In this document: in pieces, positions 32,110 to 44,594 of the stretch
How the letters are laid out: the number at the start of each line of letters is the position of its first letter
How positions within the stretch are numbered: position 1 is the stretch's first letter
Assembly: GCF_902713615.1 (NCBI RefSeq)
Contig: NW_024055461.1
Span: 1,118,966-1,182,965 of the forward strand
Direction: 5' to 3'
Origin: Scyliorhinus canicula
Taxonomy: Eukaryota
DNA length: 64,000 nucleotides
Program-made: the position numbers and the translations under genes
The notes under the pieces: generated by a model
Told to the model about the DNA's origin: nothing
The model's input: only the letters and a program-made list of their open reading frames with translations
Database searches by the model: none

Positions 32110-32830
32110 GAAACCGGAGCACCCGGAGGAAACCCACGCTGCATAGAAATCCTGCCTCGCATATCTCGTCTAAACTTTGCCCCACGGACCTTAAACCTAT
32201 GCCCCCTGGTGGCTGACCCATCCACCAGGGAACATAGGTTTAAGGTCTGACAGGGATGGCTTGCTGCAATTATACAGGGTCTTGGTGAGGCCACACCTGG
32301 AATATTGTATGTAATTGTGGTTTCTTTTTCTGAGAAAGCATGTTCTTGTTCACCAGGGAGTGCAGAGAAGGTGTACTCGACTGATTCATCGGATGGTGAA
32401 TCTGATGTATGAGGAGAGATTGAGTTGGCTAGAACTGTAGTCTCAGGAATTCAGAAGAATGAGGGGGAATCACAGAAACCTAGGAAATCCGAACAAGACT
32501 AGACAGGGTAGATGGAAGAAGGATGTTCCCGATGCTGTCCAGATCCAGGGACCATAATCTGCAGATACGGGGTGGAACATTTAGGACATAAATGGTGAGA
32601 AACCTTTTCACCCAGAGCGTGGTCAGCCTGTGGAATTATTTACCACATAAAGGAGCTGAGGCCAAAACATGTTTTCAAGAAGCTGGTAGATATGGCACTG
32701 GGGCGAAGGGGATCAAACGATATTGGGGGGAAACGGGAACAGGTTACTGAATTGGGCGATGAGCCATGATCATAATGATTGGAGGAGCAGGGCGGAAGTG
32801 CAGAATGACCTCCTCCTGCCCCTATTTTCG
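32110..32830. mobile_element. CR1 fragments in both orientations
   Basis: LINE C-terminal and 3' UTR motifs (ggccacacctggaatattg, aggggaaccatatttaggac-like). Confidence 0.6.
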
Positions 32831-34102
32831 ATGTTTCCATGTCTTTATAATTCTTTGTCAGGAATTTCTATCCAGTTATAAATCTATATTGTCTTCTTAA
32901 CTCCTGTAAATCAGATATTATTTCTTGTGGACTAAAATGGCATAATTTTTATTCTTCATTTGGGAATTGGTGGCAAGGTCAGTTCTTTTCCAAGTTCCTT
33001 ACGAAGACATTCTACCACAGGATGACCAAATGTGATATTTGGCACAAAGTTTGCGTCCATCACACCCAAATGCAGGTAGTCCGCCCCACAGTCCAGCATC
33101 CTGTCCATCTCTAATTAGCCCTTTACCTGAATGGCTTGCTCGATTATTGCAGAGGGAAGCAGGGAGGCAACTATATTTATGCGCCTCTGGAGTCAAATGT
33201 ACATTAATGATCAGGTGTGACAGTTACTAGTTATAGACTGTTCAGATTGAACCTCCCTGAATTGATATTTGGAGAAGAGAGAACCGTTTTACATCACTAA
33301 TTTACAGATTAACACGGAATGTTAAAAGATGATGAGTTTACAAAATGCAGACAGGCGATGAGATGGAACAGACATGGAAAATATATGGAAAGGCAGAATT
33401 CCAGTTACTGGCCGAGAGGTGCGTTTGTAAAGTTTATATTTTTTCTAACTGAGAGATATTAACTAAATTTAAGTTAGGGACTAGACCACTTCTGATCTTG
33501 TTGGGTATTGTGTTTCATCAGTTAAAAACTAATCACTGTGAATCTCACAGCGGTGGGAGAATTACTGATGTTGTTTTATTAGTGTGGGATTATCTATTTG
33601 TGGCACTTACTGTAACTCTTGTCGACTTTTGTCCAGGCTCTGCTATATATCTTCAGCATAGAGGGGCTCCATCGCAGAGAGATAGGCACTGGCCTCTGAA
33701 ATCTATGTTTTGCTCATCATTTACTCGGTGGTTTATTAGCATTACCGAACATGGGAAATGATCGCACTGTAAAGTCTGGGTTCCCAATTTTGCTGTCCCG
33801 TCATAGAGATAAAACATATGCTGTGGACAATGTTCATACCCTGGCTGTAGCTGAACACGTAAGGACTGGAATCTATTGTTTTCTTGGTGCAGCTGATGGT
33901 CACAATACTTTATTTCTGTACGAACAATTCCGTTACGGCCTGCTCCACCGAATCTTAAAGGCTCCATCTGACATGTACAACCACAATATTTACCGATGCA
34001 TCAACATGACAAGCATTTTACTATCGATAATGAATGTTAACAATAAGAAGTCTTACAGCACCAGGTTAAAGTGCAACAGGTTTATTTCGAATCACTAGCT
34101 TT

Positions 34103-34570
34103 GGAGGGGGTGCAGAGGAGGTTTACTAGGATGGTGCCTGGTCTGGAGGGGGTTAGCCGTGCGGAGAGGCTGAATAGACGCGGACTGCTTTAATTAGGAA
34201 GATGGAGGTTGAGGGGTGACCTGATAGAGGTCTATAAGATTATGAGGGGCATGGATAGAGTGGATGGGCAGGCACTCTTTCCTCGGGTGGAGGGGTCAGT
34301 CACCAGGGGCATAGGTTTAAAGTCCGTGGGGCAACGTTTAGAGGAGATGTGCGAGGCAGTTTTTTTATGCAGTGGGTGGTGAGTGCCTGGAACGCCTTGC
34401 CAGGGGAGGTTGTGGAATCAGATATATTAACGCCATTCAAAAGGTATCTTGACAAACACATGAATAGGATGGGTATAGAGGGATACGGCACAAGGAAGTG
34501 CTGAGGGTTTTGGCCACGGTTGGTATCATGAGCGGCACAGGCTTGGAGGGCCGAAGTGCCTGTTCCTGTG
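34103..34570 (+). mobile_element. CR1 3' fragment
   Basis: gtgcagaggaggtttactaggatggtgcctgg...gggcataggtttaa...gagtgcctggaacgc. Confidence 0.75.
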
Positions 34571-34663
34571 CTCTATTGTTCTTTGTTTTTTGTTCTTCGT
34601 TGTGATTGCACTGGGGCGGGTGCAGAGGCGATTCACCAGGATGTTGCCTGGGATGGAACATTT

Positions 34664-35626
34664 GGTGCTATGTCTTTTCGTCCGACGTCACTTCGTCCAA
34701 CGACACTTCGTCCACGTCTTTTGGTCCAACGTCTTTTTGTCCGCCCGTCTTTTGGTCCAACGTCTTTTTGTCCGATGATTTTTTTCGTCAAAGACTTTTT
34801 GTGACTTGACTTTTTGTAACTTGCTTAGTAGCACTCCACTCCACTCCCCACAATAACTTTTTGTAAATAGAAATCTTCTCTAATGCACATAGCAAGGTAT
34901 AATATGCAATAAAGGATTTTTATTTTTAAAGGTCTCTTTCCTTTAACGAGCCTCGTTAAAGGATAGTTATTATCGTTCTCTTTCCTTTAACGAGCCTCGT
35001 TAAAGGATAGATATTACCGTTCTCTTTCTTAATTCGCAAATAACAAATAATGCTGCTGAGGGGTTTCATTCTGCGATAAAGCGTTCGGCGGGTGGAGCTC
35101 ATTTGAATATCCGGAGGTTAATCAAAACTCTGAAGGAAGAGGAAGGGTCCATAATAGGCAAAAAGGCTCAAATTCTTTGGGGAGATCAGTCAACTTCATG
35201 TACGCGATATAAGAAAATAACTGAACGCCTCAAAAGATTGGTCGTTCAATATGATTCTACAACAAAAATTGATTTCTTGAGGAATGTTGCTTACAATTTA
35301 CATCAATTTTAAGTAATTTTGGGAATTTTAAGTAATTAGTAAACTTTTAGATTTTTTAACTGCATTTTTAGATTTTTTAACTGCATTTTTCAACTTGCAT
35401 TTTACTTGCATTTTATCAATTACTTGCATTTTAGCAATTAAATTCACTTGCTGTATTGTACTTGCATTTTATCAATTAAATGGTTTTATACGGAGTTAAT
35501 TTGTAATTGGATAATTGGACGAAGTGACGTTGGGCCAAAAGACGGGCGGACAAAAAGACGTTGGACCAAAAGACGTGGACGAAGTGTCGTTGGACGAAGT
35601 GACGTCGGACGAAAAGACGCGACACG
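34664..35626 (+). mobile_element. Non-autonomous MULE (Mutator-like) DNA transposon, copy 1
   Basis: About 100-bp TIRs built of ttcgtcc/ttggtcc repeats; 9-bp TSD GGAACATTT (34655-34663, 35627-35635); transposase tail TNNAAEGFHSAIKR...HLNIRRLIKTLKEEE from 35043; inserted in a CR1 fragment. Confidence 0.75.
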
Positions 35627-37125
35627 GGAACATTTAAGTTCTGAAGAGAGGTTGCATAGGCTCGGGTTGAGCAGAGAAGGCTGAGGGATGACCTTATCGA
35701 GGTGTACCAGATTATGACGTGCACGGAGCGGGTGGATAGAGAAAAACTGTTTCCCTTAGTTGAAGGGTCGGTTCGAGGGGACGCATGTTCAAGGTGAGGG
35801 GTGAGAGGTTCAGGAGGGATTTGAGGAAAACCTTTTTCCCAGAGGGTGGTGACGTCTGGAAATCACTATCGGGGGAGAGGGAGGGGGGGTGGTAGAGGCG
35901 GGTTGACTGACATCCTTTAAAAACTACCAGGATGAGCACTTGGCACGTCGTAACATTCAAGGCTATAGGCCAAGTGCTCGTACATGGGATTAGGATTGGT
36001 GGATGAAGTGCCTTTCATGCGGCGGTGCAGACTCGATGGGCCGAAGGGTCTTTTCCGCACTGTATTTTTCTGTGACCTCTGCCATCCAGGGACATGCTCT
36101 ATCGGGTGAGAAATATAGATCGTCTCTCCATTGAACTTCTGATACAACAAATGCCATGCAGTCAAAATGGCAACAATCTCTCCAATAAAACGGGTGAGGT
36201 GGGTTAGAGCGAGCACAGCTCCATTTAGGGAATTTGTTGTTTGAACTTGTCCAATTCTGCAGTCACTCGCTGAATAATTTGTGTTTATTTCCATGCATTT
36301 TTCAACGCAAGGATGTTTACCAGAAAGACAGATCGATTTACCGAATGTGCAGAAATCTGGACCGATACAAAGAGATCCAGATAGTGGAATCCGCACATTG
36401 AAAGTCCCAGACAGCCTATCACGCGCCTAAAACGAAGAACAACTCTGCCTGTCAATAAAAGTTACAGCAATGTTTTCAACAAAATGCATCACTCAACAAG
36501 AAAAGGCCACGAACACTCCTGTAGCCTTTGACCGCGGCCTGTTCACAGCTTTTATTTAAACGGAGAGTTATACTGGGCCAGAAGCAAGGTACACAAAATA
36601 AGCAGAAGTCACAAGATAGTGACTGTGATCTTTGAAACAAATCCCAAGTCGTGTGTACCCAGTGACCATTGAGCTTCAGAATGTTCCTTAGCGCTGGGGT
36701 GATTTCAGCTGTCATTAACAATCCAGAGTTTCCTGGTGATAATTTACAGACCAGGATTATCAGAATACTGACTGTCACGGCGCTGCGGCAGTTTTCTTTT
36801 CAATCCATTGCCCAGATCGCCATCAACTGGCCTCACAGAGCCAGAGAGACAGGGGGAAGAGAGGCGGGAGAATCCGGATGCGCGGCAGCATATGATTAAG
36901 GACAGGGTGTCTTCCAATGTGATTGTGTGATGATCTGTCTGTCATCTTCAATTCTGCAGTTTGAGTTTTCAGCCGCTCCTGGGAACAGTTTGATTGGCGG
37001 TTAGATTGGTTTCCTCTCGCTTAACCTTGTGGCTGCGTCAGCCTAACAACCGCGTCAGAAAGGGGCTGCTATCTGCAGTGAAAGATAGTTTTTGTACAGG
37101 GCAGAGCCTGTTTCCTATCACTGTG

Positions 37126-37597
37126 AGTCTCAGAGCGCAGTAATAAACGGCAGCGTCAGCCAGCTGCAGCGCCGAGATGGTTAAACTGGTGAATTTATTC
37201 GATGTCTGGAGCTCGGCAGAGAAACGACTTTTAGCAAAATCTGCTTTATCTTCACCACCCCCCGAGCCTTTCCGCAATATAAACTCAGGTTGGGAGTCTG
37301 CACGCTGCCGGTACCAGTATAAAGTGTAACCGCTCGCTGTGGTATCATATCTGCAGGTAAGAGTAAACTCTTCTCCTTCTGTCTTAACATCCGAGGACAA
37401 CGGCTGGGTGACAGAATCTCCATGACTCAGATCTGAAAAATAAAACAAGGTCAAATCGAAGAAAAGATCGGACCCAGGACTGTTAAAAATCCATTTTAAA
37501 CCATATGTAAAAAATGAGAGAAAATCTGAAGTGTGTTTGGTCCACAATTACCAGTTAGAAGCGCTCCGCACACAACCCAGACGCTGAGTAGCCGCAT
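37126..37597 (-). CDS. TCR alpha/delta V segment, family D (resembles TRAV14/DV4 and TRDV1 types), intact
   Basis: Leader MRLLSVWVVCGALLT 37552-37597, exon 37126-37432 DLSHGDSVTQ...LTCRY...LYWYRQ...PEFIL...RFS...DAAVYYCALR; canonical CACAGTG 37119-37125, 23 nt, ACAAAAACT 37087-37095. Confidence 0.93.
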
Positions 37598-38109
37598 TGT
37601 CGCTGTCAGCTCTGTAAAAAGGAATTTGGATGCCTTCTACCCAAAACCCCGCCCCCAATTATAAGTTGCCCTATCTCAGGCTGTTCTAACCTCACTTCCT
37701 GATGTCCCCAATGGCAGAGTGAACCGGCGGGGTGATGCTCTATCTGCCAGTGATAACAGAAAGATAGTGCATTTTAGGGGGTAGATGTCCGCTCTACAGA
37801 ATGGATGGTGAAAATTAAACCAGTGTTTATTTTGATTCGTTCGTGGGATGTGGCAGCCGGTGGCTGCACCAGCATTTATTGCCCACCCCTGAGGGCATTT
37901 AAGAGTTAACCACATTGCTGTGGGTCTGGAGGTATATGTAGGCCAGACCAGGTAAGGACACCAGATTTCGTCCATAAAGGGCATTTGAGAATCAGACAGG
38001 TTTTTACAATTGACAATGGTTTCATGGTCACCTTAATCTGCGATGCTGGGATTCGAACTCGGGTCATCAAAGAATGACTCTGGTCCCTGGATTACCAGCC
38101 CGGCGACAC

Positions 38110-38450
38110 GGGGCGGCACGGTGGCATAGCGGATAGCACTGCTGCCTCACAGCCCCTGGGGACCAGGTTCCATTCCCGGCTTGGGTCACTGTCTGTGCGG
38201 AGCCTACACGTTCTCCCCGTGTGTGCGTGGGTTTCCTCCGGGTGCTCCGGTTTCCTCCCAAAGTGCAAAGATGTGCAGGTTAGGTGGATTCGCTATGCTA
38301 AATTGCCCCTTAAGTGTCCAAACGTTTAGGTTGAGATACTGAGTTCCGGGGATACATTGGAGTTTTGGGCTTCAATAGCTGCTCTTTCCGAGGGCAGCTG
38401 CAGATTCGATGGGCCGAATGGCTTCTTTTTGCGCTGTAAATTCTATGACT
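38110..38450 (+). mobile_element. HE1 SINE
   Basis: gggcggcacggtggcatagcgg...gtgggtttcctccgggtgctccggtttcctccc. Confidence 0.75.
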
Positions 38451-39231
38451 CTGTGGCAATACCACGACGCCACTTCCTCCTGTTTTCTTTTTACTGCAAC
38501 AGTCAAACACAGGATTGTTCCTGGTTTTGGTTTCTTCGGGATCAATCAGTATCTGACAGTTAGTTACTCCACCAGCCGTGACTCCAGTGAGCTTTCCCTC
38601 ATGAATTACTGAGCCAATTATCTCACAATAATTACATATTTTGTTGGCTTGGCAGACGACCCAGCAGCCGGTCTCATGACACAATGGCTGCGTCTCGAGA
38701 AACTCCTCATTCAAGTCCAACGCAAGGACCTGTTGCCTCCGGAAGGAGAGCTCACAACGCGGGTCAACTGGTTCATATTTGCTCTGGATCTTTGCTAATA
38801 TTCCAGAAAGAAAAAATGTGTGTGAGCATACGCCTAAAAGGAATAGATATTTCACTGTAGAGCAACGGCACGAGCTATCACTGCACAAGCAACTGAACAT
38901 TCTTAAAGCATGGACGTTTCCAAATAATATAAGCAGGATTTCGTCCAATAGCTCCTTCTGTTTAAAATTATGTGGGGTAGCCGGCGTTGGACTTGGCTGG
39001 GCTCAGTAAGAAGTCTGACAACACCAGGTTAAAGTCCAACAGGTTTAATTGCAACCACGAACTTGCGAAGCACTGCTCCTTCATCAGGTGAGGGAGCTGT
39101 CTTCCTGATGAAGGAGCTGCGCTCCGAAAACTCATTATTCCAAATAAACCTGTTGGATTTTAACCTGGTGTTGTAACACTTCGTACTGTTTACATAGATA
39201 CATAGAAGATAGAAGCAGGAGGACGCATTTT

Positions 39232-39521
39232 TTTTTTTTTTTTTAAATAATTTTTATTGAATTTTTCAAAATACAAACATTTTAACCCCCCCTACATTTA
39301 CATTTAAATTATAACAAAACAAAGTCAAACCCCCCTACTTAACAAGAAAAAGAAAAAGAATCCCCCCCCCCCCCCTACCCGCGCATCCCCCCCCTCCCCC
39401 CCCCCCCCCCCCGCCGGCGAACCGACAGTCAGACCAACTTATCATTTCTAGCAGCGTCCTCGGGCAGGCCTTGCCCGTGCCACCGCCGCTACCGTACTTC
39501 CTTCGTCGTTTTCCCCCCTCC
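39232..39521 (-). mobile_element. L1-type 3' UTR/poly(A) insertion
   Basis: Poly-T, TTTATT, G-rich UTR; 16-bp TSD CAGGAGGACGCATTTT (39216-39231, 39522-39537); empty site at ~31125-31145. Confidence 0.75.
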
Positions 39522-40380
39522 CAGGAGGACGCATTTTGGCCCTTCGAGCCTGTTCCGCCATTGATCACGGTCATGGTTGATCATCCAACTTAACAGCCCA
39601 AACCTGCTTTCTCCCCATAGCCATTGATCCCATTCTCGCCAAGTGCTATATCCAGCCACCTCTTAAATACATTCAACATTTTAGCATCAACTGCTTCCTG
39701 TGGTAATGAATTCCACATGTTCACTGCTCTTTGTGTGAAGAAATATCTCGTTATCTCTGTCCGAAATGATTTACCCTGAGTCCTCAGACTATGGCCCCTG
39801 GTTCTGGACACACCCATCAAACGATTAACTTCAATCTGGTTCGTTATCGTTTATTCACTGAGCTATGGCTCTCGGATTTTGGATTATCTTTATGAGAGAA
39901 TATCGTCAGCGCTTTTCAGAAATTCTGCATTATTCTGTTCAGAACCCAGGAACAAAGCTCAAAGAGCAGGTTCGCAGTGTCTCGGGGACCAGTAAAACGA
40001 GTTCTCATTAATTAGAATTCATACCAGCCGCCCAGTAAAACCTTTCATGCTACGCCCACTCGCAGTAGAAATATACATGGTGCCCAAATGATTACAGTGA
40101 AGTAATTCAGAATCAGGTCAAAGTGAGTATTTCAGTCTCATTCTCACATCCTTTCCCACATCAGACACTCCTTCCCTCCCTCTCTCGGCGCTCTGACCAA
40201 TATCAGGCGCAACCACTGCGATATGAGAATGTCTTCGTGATGATTATTGCCGGAATTAGCTTCTCCAAACCATTGAGGTAAGTTGAGTTCAACCATTGAA
40301 CCTATGTTTATTTCAAAATGGATGAGGTCTTACTCAACTCGCTACAGGTGCTGCGAACCCCACGAGCGATATTGTGAGCT

Positions 40381-40395
40381 GCCGCCCTCTAGTGG
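40381..40395 (-). promoter_or_regulatory. CTCF consensus site
   Basis: Reverse complement CCACTAGAGGGCGGC matches CCASYAGRKGGCR. Confidence 0.6.
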
Positions 40396-41154
40396 ATATC
40401 GGAGAGATGTTCCGATGTCGGCGGCCTGAAGAGGAGAGATTCTGTGGTTATTCATTGGCCTGGACTTATTATTTTGATATTTGGAAAGCTGGACTCTTGC
40501 CGGACTGAAATAATTTGCCGAGCAGAAAATTGAGTTTTAAATCGTTAACCTAAATATCAGAAGAAAGAAAGTAAAACGATTATGGGTTAAACGTGGGAAC
40601 TGGCGACTAGATGGGGCAGTGTGGGAAAATAAATGTAAAGCCACATGACAATTAAGGCATTTGTGAAGAAAATGTTTCATATATTGCGAATTGAAATCAT
40701 CACAAGTATTATAATTCTGCGAGTGGACCTCACCAGTAATTGTTGCGTTTAGTGTTTATTGCATTTTGAGAAAGATTCCTGTGGCTCTCACCCCACAGGT
40801 TGAATTATTGCTTCAGTTTGCGAGCGCACTCTGCTGCGTAGTAACTGGAATTGTCAGTGTGTTTGACCTGCTTTCTCTCGATAGCAGCGGGGGGGGGGGG
40901 GGGGGGGGGACGGGACTCATTGCACGGAAATACATGGCGGTGTCGGAGATCAGGGCTTTGATGACCGTAAGCTCGGTGATTTTGATAGCTTTTCTAAACG
41001 TGGAATAGAATCGATCAGTAACATCGGGGTTTTTCTCCCTTGCAGAGATTATGCATGCACACTGGAGGATGATAGCGCTGTTAACACGAACAGAACATTG
41101 AACATTCAGAAGAACTTGATTTAAGGTGGGGTGATATTACTTTTTCATTAAATT

Positions 41155-41492
41155 TACAGTGCAGAAGGAGGCCATTCGGCCCATCGAGTCTGCACCGGCT
41201 CTTGGAAAGAGCACCCTACCCAAGGTCAACACCCCCACCCTTTCCCCATAACCCAGTAACCCCACCCAACACTAAGGGCACTTTTGGACACGAGGGGCAA
41301 TTTATCATGGCCAATCCACCTAACCTGCACATCTTTGGACTGTAGGAGGAAACCGGAGCACCCGGAGGAAACCCACGCACACACGGGGAGGATGTGCAGA
41401 CTCCGCACAGACAGTGACCCAAGCCGGAATCGAACCTGGGATCCTGGAGCTGTGAAGCAATTGTGCTATCCACAATGCTACCACGCTGCCCC
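41155..41492 (-). mobile_element. HE1 SINE
   Basis: Reverse-complement HE1. Confidence 0.8.
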
Positions 41493-41959
41493 TGTGGCAA
41501 TGAATTCCACAGGTTCACTGTTCTTTGTGTGAAGAAATGTCTCCTTATCTCTGGCCGAAATGGTTTAACCTGAATCCTCAGACTGTGACCCCTGGTGCTG
41601 GGCACACCCATCAAACGATTAACTTCATTTCCTTTTCAAGCCTCATTTCAGACACCCACCGTCCCAATGTATCTTATTGGCGCGGTTCTGATGCAGAAAC
41701 GTGGAAAATAGGAACTGGAGGAGGTCATTCGGAACTTCAACCCTGCTCCGCGATTCATCATTAGTCATCCAACTCAAGAGTATAATCCCACATTCCCCCA
41801 TATACTGTCATCCCCCTCGCCCTAAATGCTCCATCTAACTGTTCTTGAAAACATACAATATTTTGGCCTCAACTCCTCTGTGGTAACGAATTCCACACGT
41901 TGATCACTCTCTGGGTGAAGAAATCTCTCCTCATGTCTGTCCCAAATGGTCGGCCACGT

Positions 41960-42921
41960 GGTGCTATGTCTTTTCGTCCACGTCACTTCGTCCAACGACA
42001 CTTCGTCCACGTCTTTTGGTCCAACGTCTTTTTGTCCGCCCATCTTTTGGTCCAACGTCTTTTTGTCCGATGATTTTTTTCGTCAAAGACTTTTTGTGAC
42101 TTGACTTTTTGTAACTTGCTTAGTAGCACTCCACTCCACTCCCCACAATAACTTTTTGTAAATAGAAATCTTCTCTAATGCACATAGCAAGGTATAATAT
42201 GCAATAAAGGATTTTTATTTTTAAAGGTCTCTTTCCTTTAACGAGCCTCGTTAAAGGATAGTTATTATCGTTCTCTTTCCTTTAACGAGCCTCGTTAAAG
42301 GATAGATATTACCGTTCTCTTTCTTAATTCGCAAATAACAAATAATGCTGCTGAGGGGTTTCATTCTGCGATAAAGCGTTCGGCGGGTGGAGCTCATTTG
42401 AATATCCGGAGGTTAATCAAAACTCTGAAGGAAGAGGAAGGGTTCATAATAGGCAAAAAGGCTCAAATTCTTTGGGGAGATCAGTCGACTTCATGTACGC
42501 GATATAAGAAAATAACTGAACGCCTCAAAAGATTGGTCGTTCAATATGATTCTACAACAAAAATTGATTTCTTGAGGAATGTTGCTTATAATTTACATCA
42601 ATTTTAAGTAATTTTGGGAATTTTAAGTAATTAGTAAACTTTTAGATTTTTTAACTGCATTTTTAGATTTTTTAACTGCATTTTTCAACTTGCATTTTAC
42701 TTGCATTATATCAATTACTTGCATTTTAGCAATTAAATTCACTTGCTGTATTGTACTTGCATTTTATCAATTAAATGGTTTTATACGGAGTTAATTTGTA
42801 ATTGGATAATTGGACGAAGTGACGTTGGACCAAAAGACGGGCGGACAAAAAGACGTTGGACCAAAAGACGTGGACGAAGTGTCGTTGGACGAAGTGACGT
42901 CGGACGAAAAGACGCGACACG
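41960..42921 (+). mobile_element. Non-autonomous MULE-like element, copy 2
   Basis: Nearly identical to 34664-35626; different TSD GGCCACGT (41952-41959, 42922-42929); inserted in a different CR1 fragment. Confidence 0.75.
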
Positions 42922-44594
42922 GGCCACGTATCCTCAGACTGTGACCCCTGGATCTGGACACGCCCACCACCGGGAACATCCTTCCTGCAGTTACCCCGTC
43001 CAGTCCTGTTCGAAGTTTATAAGTTTATCTGAGGTCTCCCCTCATTTTTCTGAACTCCAGCGAATACAATCATATTCTATATCCTCCTATACGAAAAGAA
43101 ACGGTAGTAATGATCATTATTTCATCAGAATCACCATCAGCAGTATATCCATTATAACAACTAGATGGCAGGGAAAATGGACTGACTGGATTTAATCTGG
43201 GACGGAAATATTGATTTAAAAGTGAAATTATGACCAGTGAGATCGTCCCATTTGACGGTTCCATGTGTAACTCTGCGGTGCAATCAATCACGATAGCCTC
43301 TGACAGAGCAAAACTATCGAGCCCCATTCCAGTGAACTGCTGATACAACAATGCCAAGCATAGAAGAGAGGGAGCACCTTGTCCAGTAAGTGCAGGCAAG
43401 GCAGCAACGTATGCTATAGTAAGGGCAACATCAAACAAAAATCTCACAGAGAATCAACGTGTCACGAGCTTAAATCAATAATAACGTTCCCACCGAACAT
43501 TATATAACCCCCCCCCCCCCCCCCCCCACCTCTCTAACAGAGGCAATACTTACACACCCGTTCCATATGGAGGGAAGCAGAGTCAATAGATGCGTGTCAG
43601 GATTAGTGAATCGTTCAATATTGAATAAAATCCGTATTACCGACCTCCGAGAAAACTGAGGATGAATCTATGGGCAGCTGGGATGGTATAGTTCTGAATT
43701 AATGTTCAAAGAACTATTCATGATCTGAAAAGATTAAATTAAAGATGGAAGAAGAAAATGTATTGACTTCTGGGGACATAGCATGGAGACAGTTGGCTCG
43801 AAAAATCACAGAGGTAGGCATTAAAGTGTGGGGGGGGGGGGGTGTTGAATGAATGAGTGCGATTGGTAATGTTCACTTTTGCTAATGTAAATGGCTCAGT
43901 AATATTACTGCATTTACAGAGGAAACAAATGCTGTAAAAACTGGGCAGGTCTGACAGCATCTGTGGAGAGAGAATGGAGCTAACGTTTCTGGACGACTCT
44001 TTGTCAACGCTGGAGCGAACTGGAAATTACGTCCGATTTATACTGTTGTGGGGGGCGTGGAGCGGATGGGGGGCTAGATAGTGGATCAGTGATAGGTGGA
44101 GATTAACAAAGATATGGACAGACACACAAATGAAATGTATATGTTGGTGATAATGGCTAAGAAGCAGTACTGTTTTGGCACATTAAGGGGTCCGAATATG
44201 TCAATGGCAGTGCATGGGCAAGCAGTGTGTCAAAGGACTACTAAGGTGGCGGGGAGTGGGGGAGGGGAGACAATAGTCAAGAAAAAAGGGGATCGATGGA
44301 TGATATGAAAATATATTGATCGAAACAAATGGAGTGAATGTGGCGGAGAGAGTTCACAGTTTGAAATTGGTGAACTCAATGGTAAATCCGGAAGGCTGTG
44401 AATGATATGACTGTGGAAGTGGTTATTCTCTGTCCTTGTAGGGGGTTGTGTTTGTTGTTGTTTTACTATGGTCCCTGACTGTGACACTCACTGTACACGC
44501 TGGATTATAACGTCTGATAATCGGTGTGTGAGCACCAACTGGAATTCTCACTGTGGGGTTTGTGTAAGGCGTCCACGAGATCTGCATCACTGTG

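Larger units (their letters stand above)
40912..43270 (-). pseudogene. TCR V pseudogene, family A, disrupted by HE1, CR1 and MULE insertions
   Basis: FR3 DRFYSTF...TELTV...ISDTAMYFRAM (Cys>Arg) at 40915-41040; leader-like ISLVIISLL with mutated donor near 43210-43265. Confidence 0.65.

Noticed and set aside
34672-34790. Short regularly spaced repeats resembling a CRISPR array
   Set aside because: They are subterminal modules of a transposon TIR, mirrored at the other end, with no unique spacers; the DNA is eukaryotic.
38040-38110. tRNA-like segments with GTTCGA/B-box here, at ~62110-62190 and at HE1 heads
   Set aside because: No complete cloverleaf or anticodon arm; they are SINE heads.
38310-38948. 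212-aa minus-strand ORF
   Set aside because: No recognisable domain, runs into a SINE, and the paralog at 31.4-31.8k breaks the frame. The opposite strand has faint V-like words (TQQPVS, SYLLW) but too weak to call.
39361-39415. Long poly-C/G tracts (also 20030, 40889, 43508, 63281, 63606) as G-quadruplex elements
   Set aside because: Mostly inside L1 and SINE sequence; homopolymer lengths are unreliable and there is no positional pattern.
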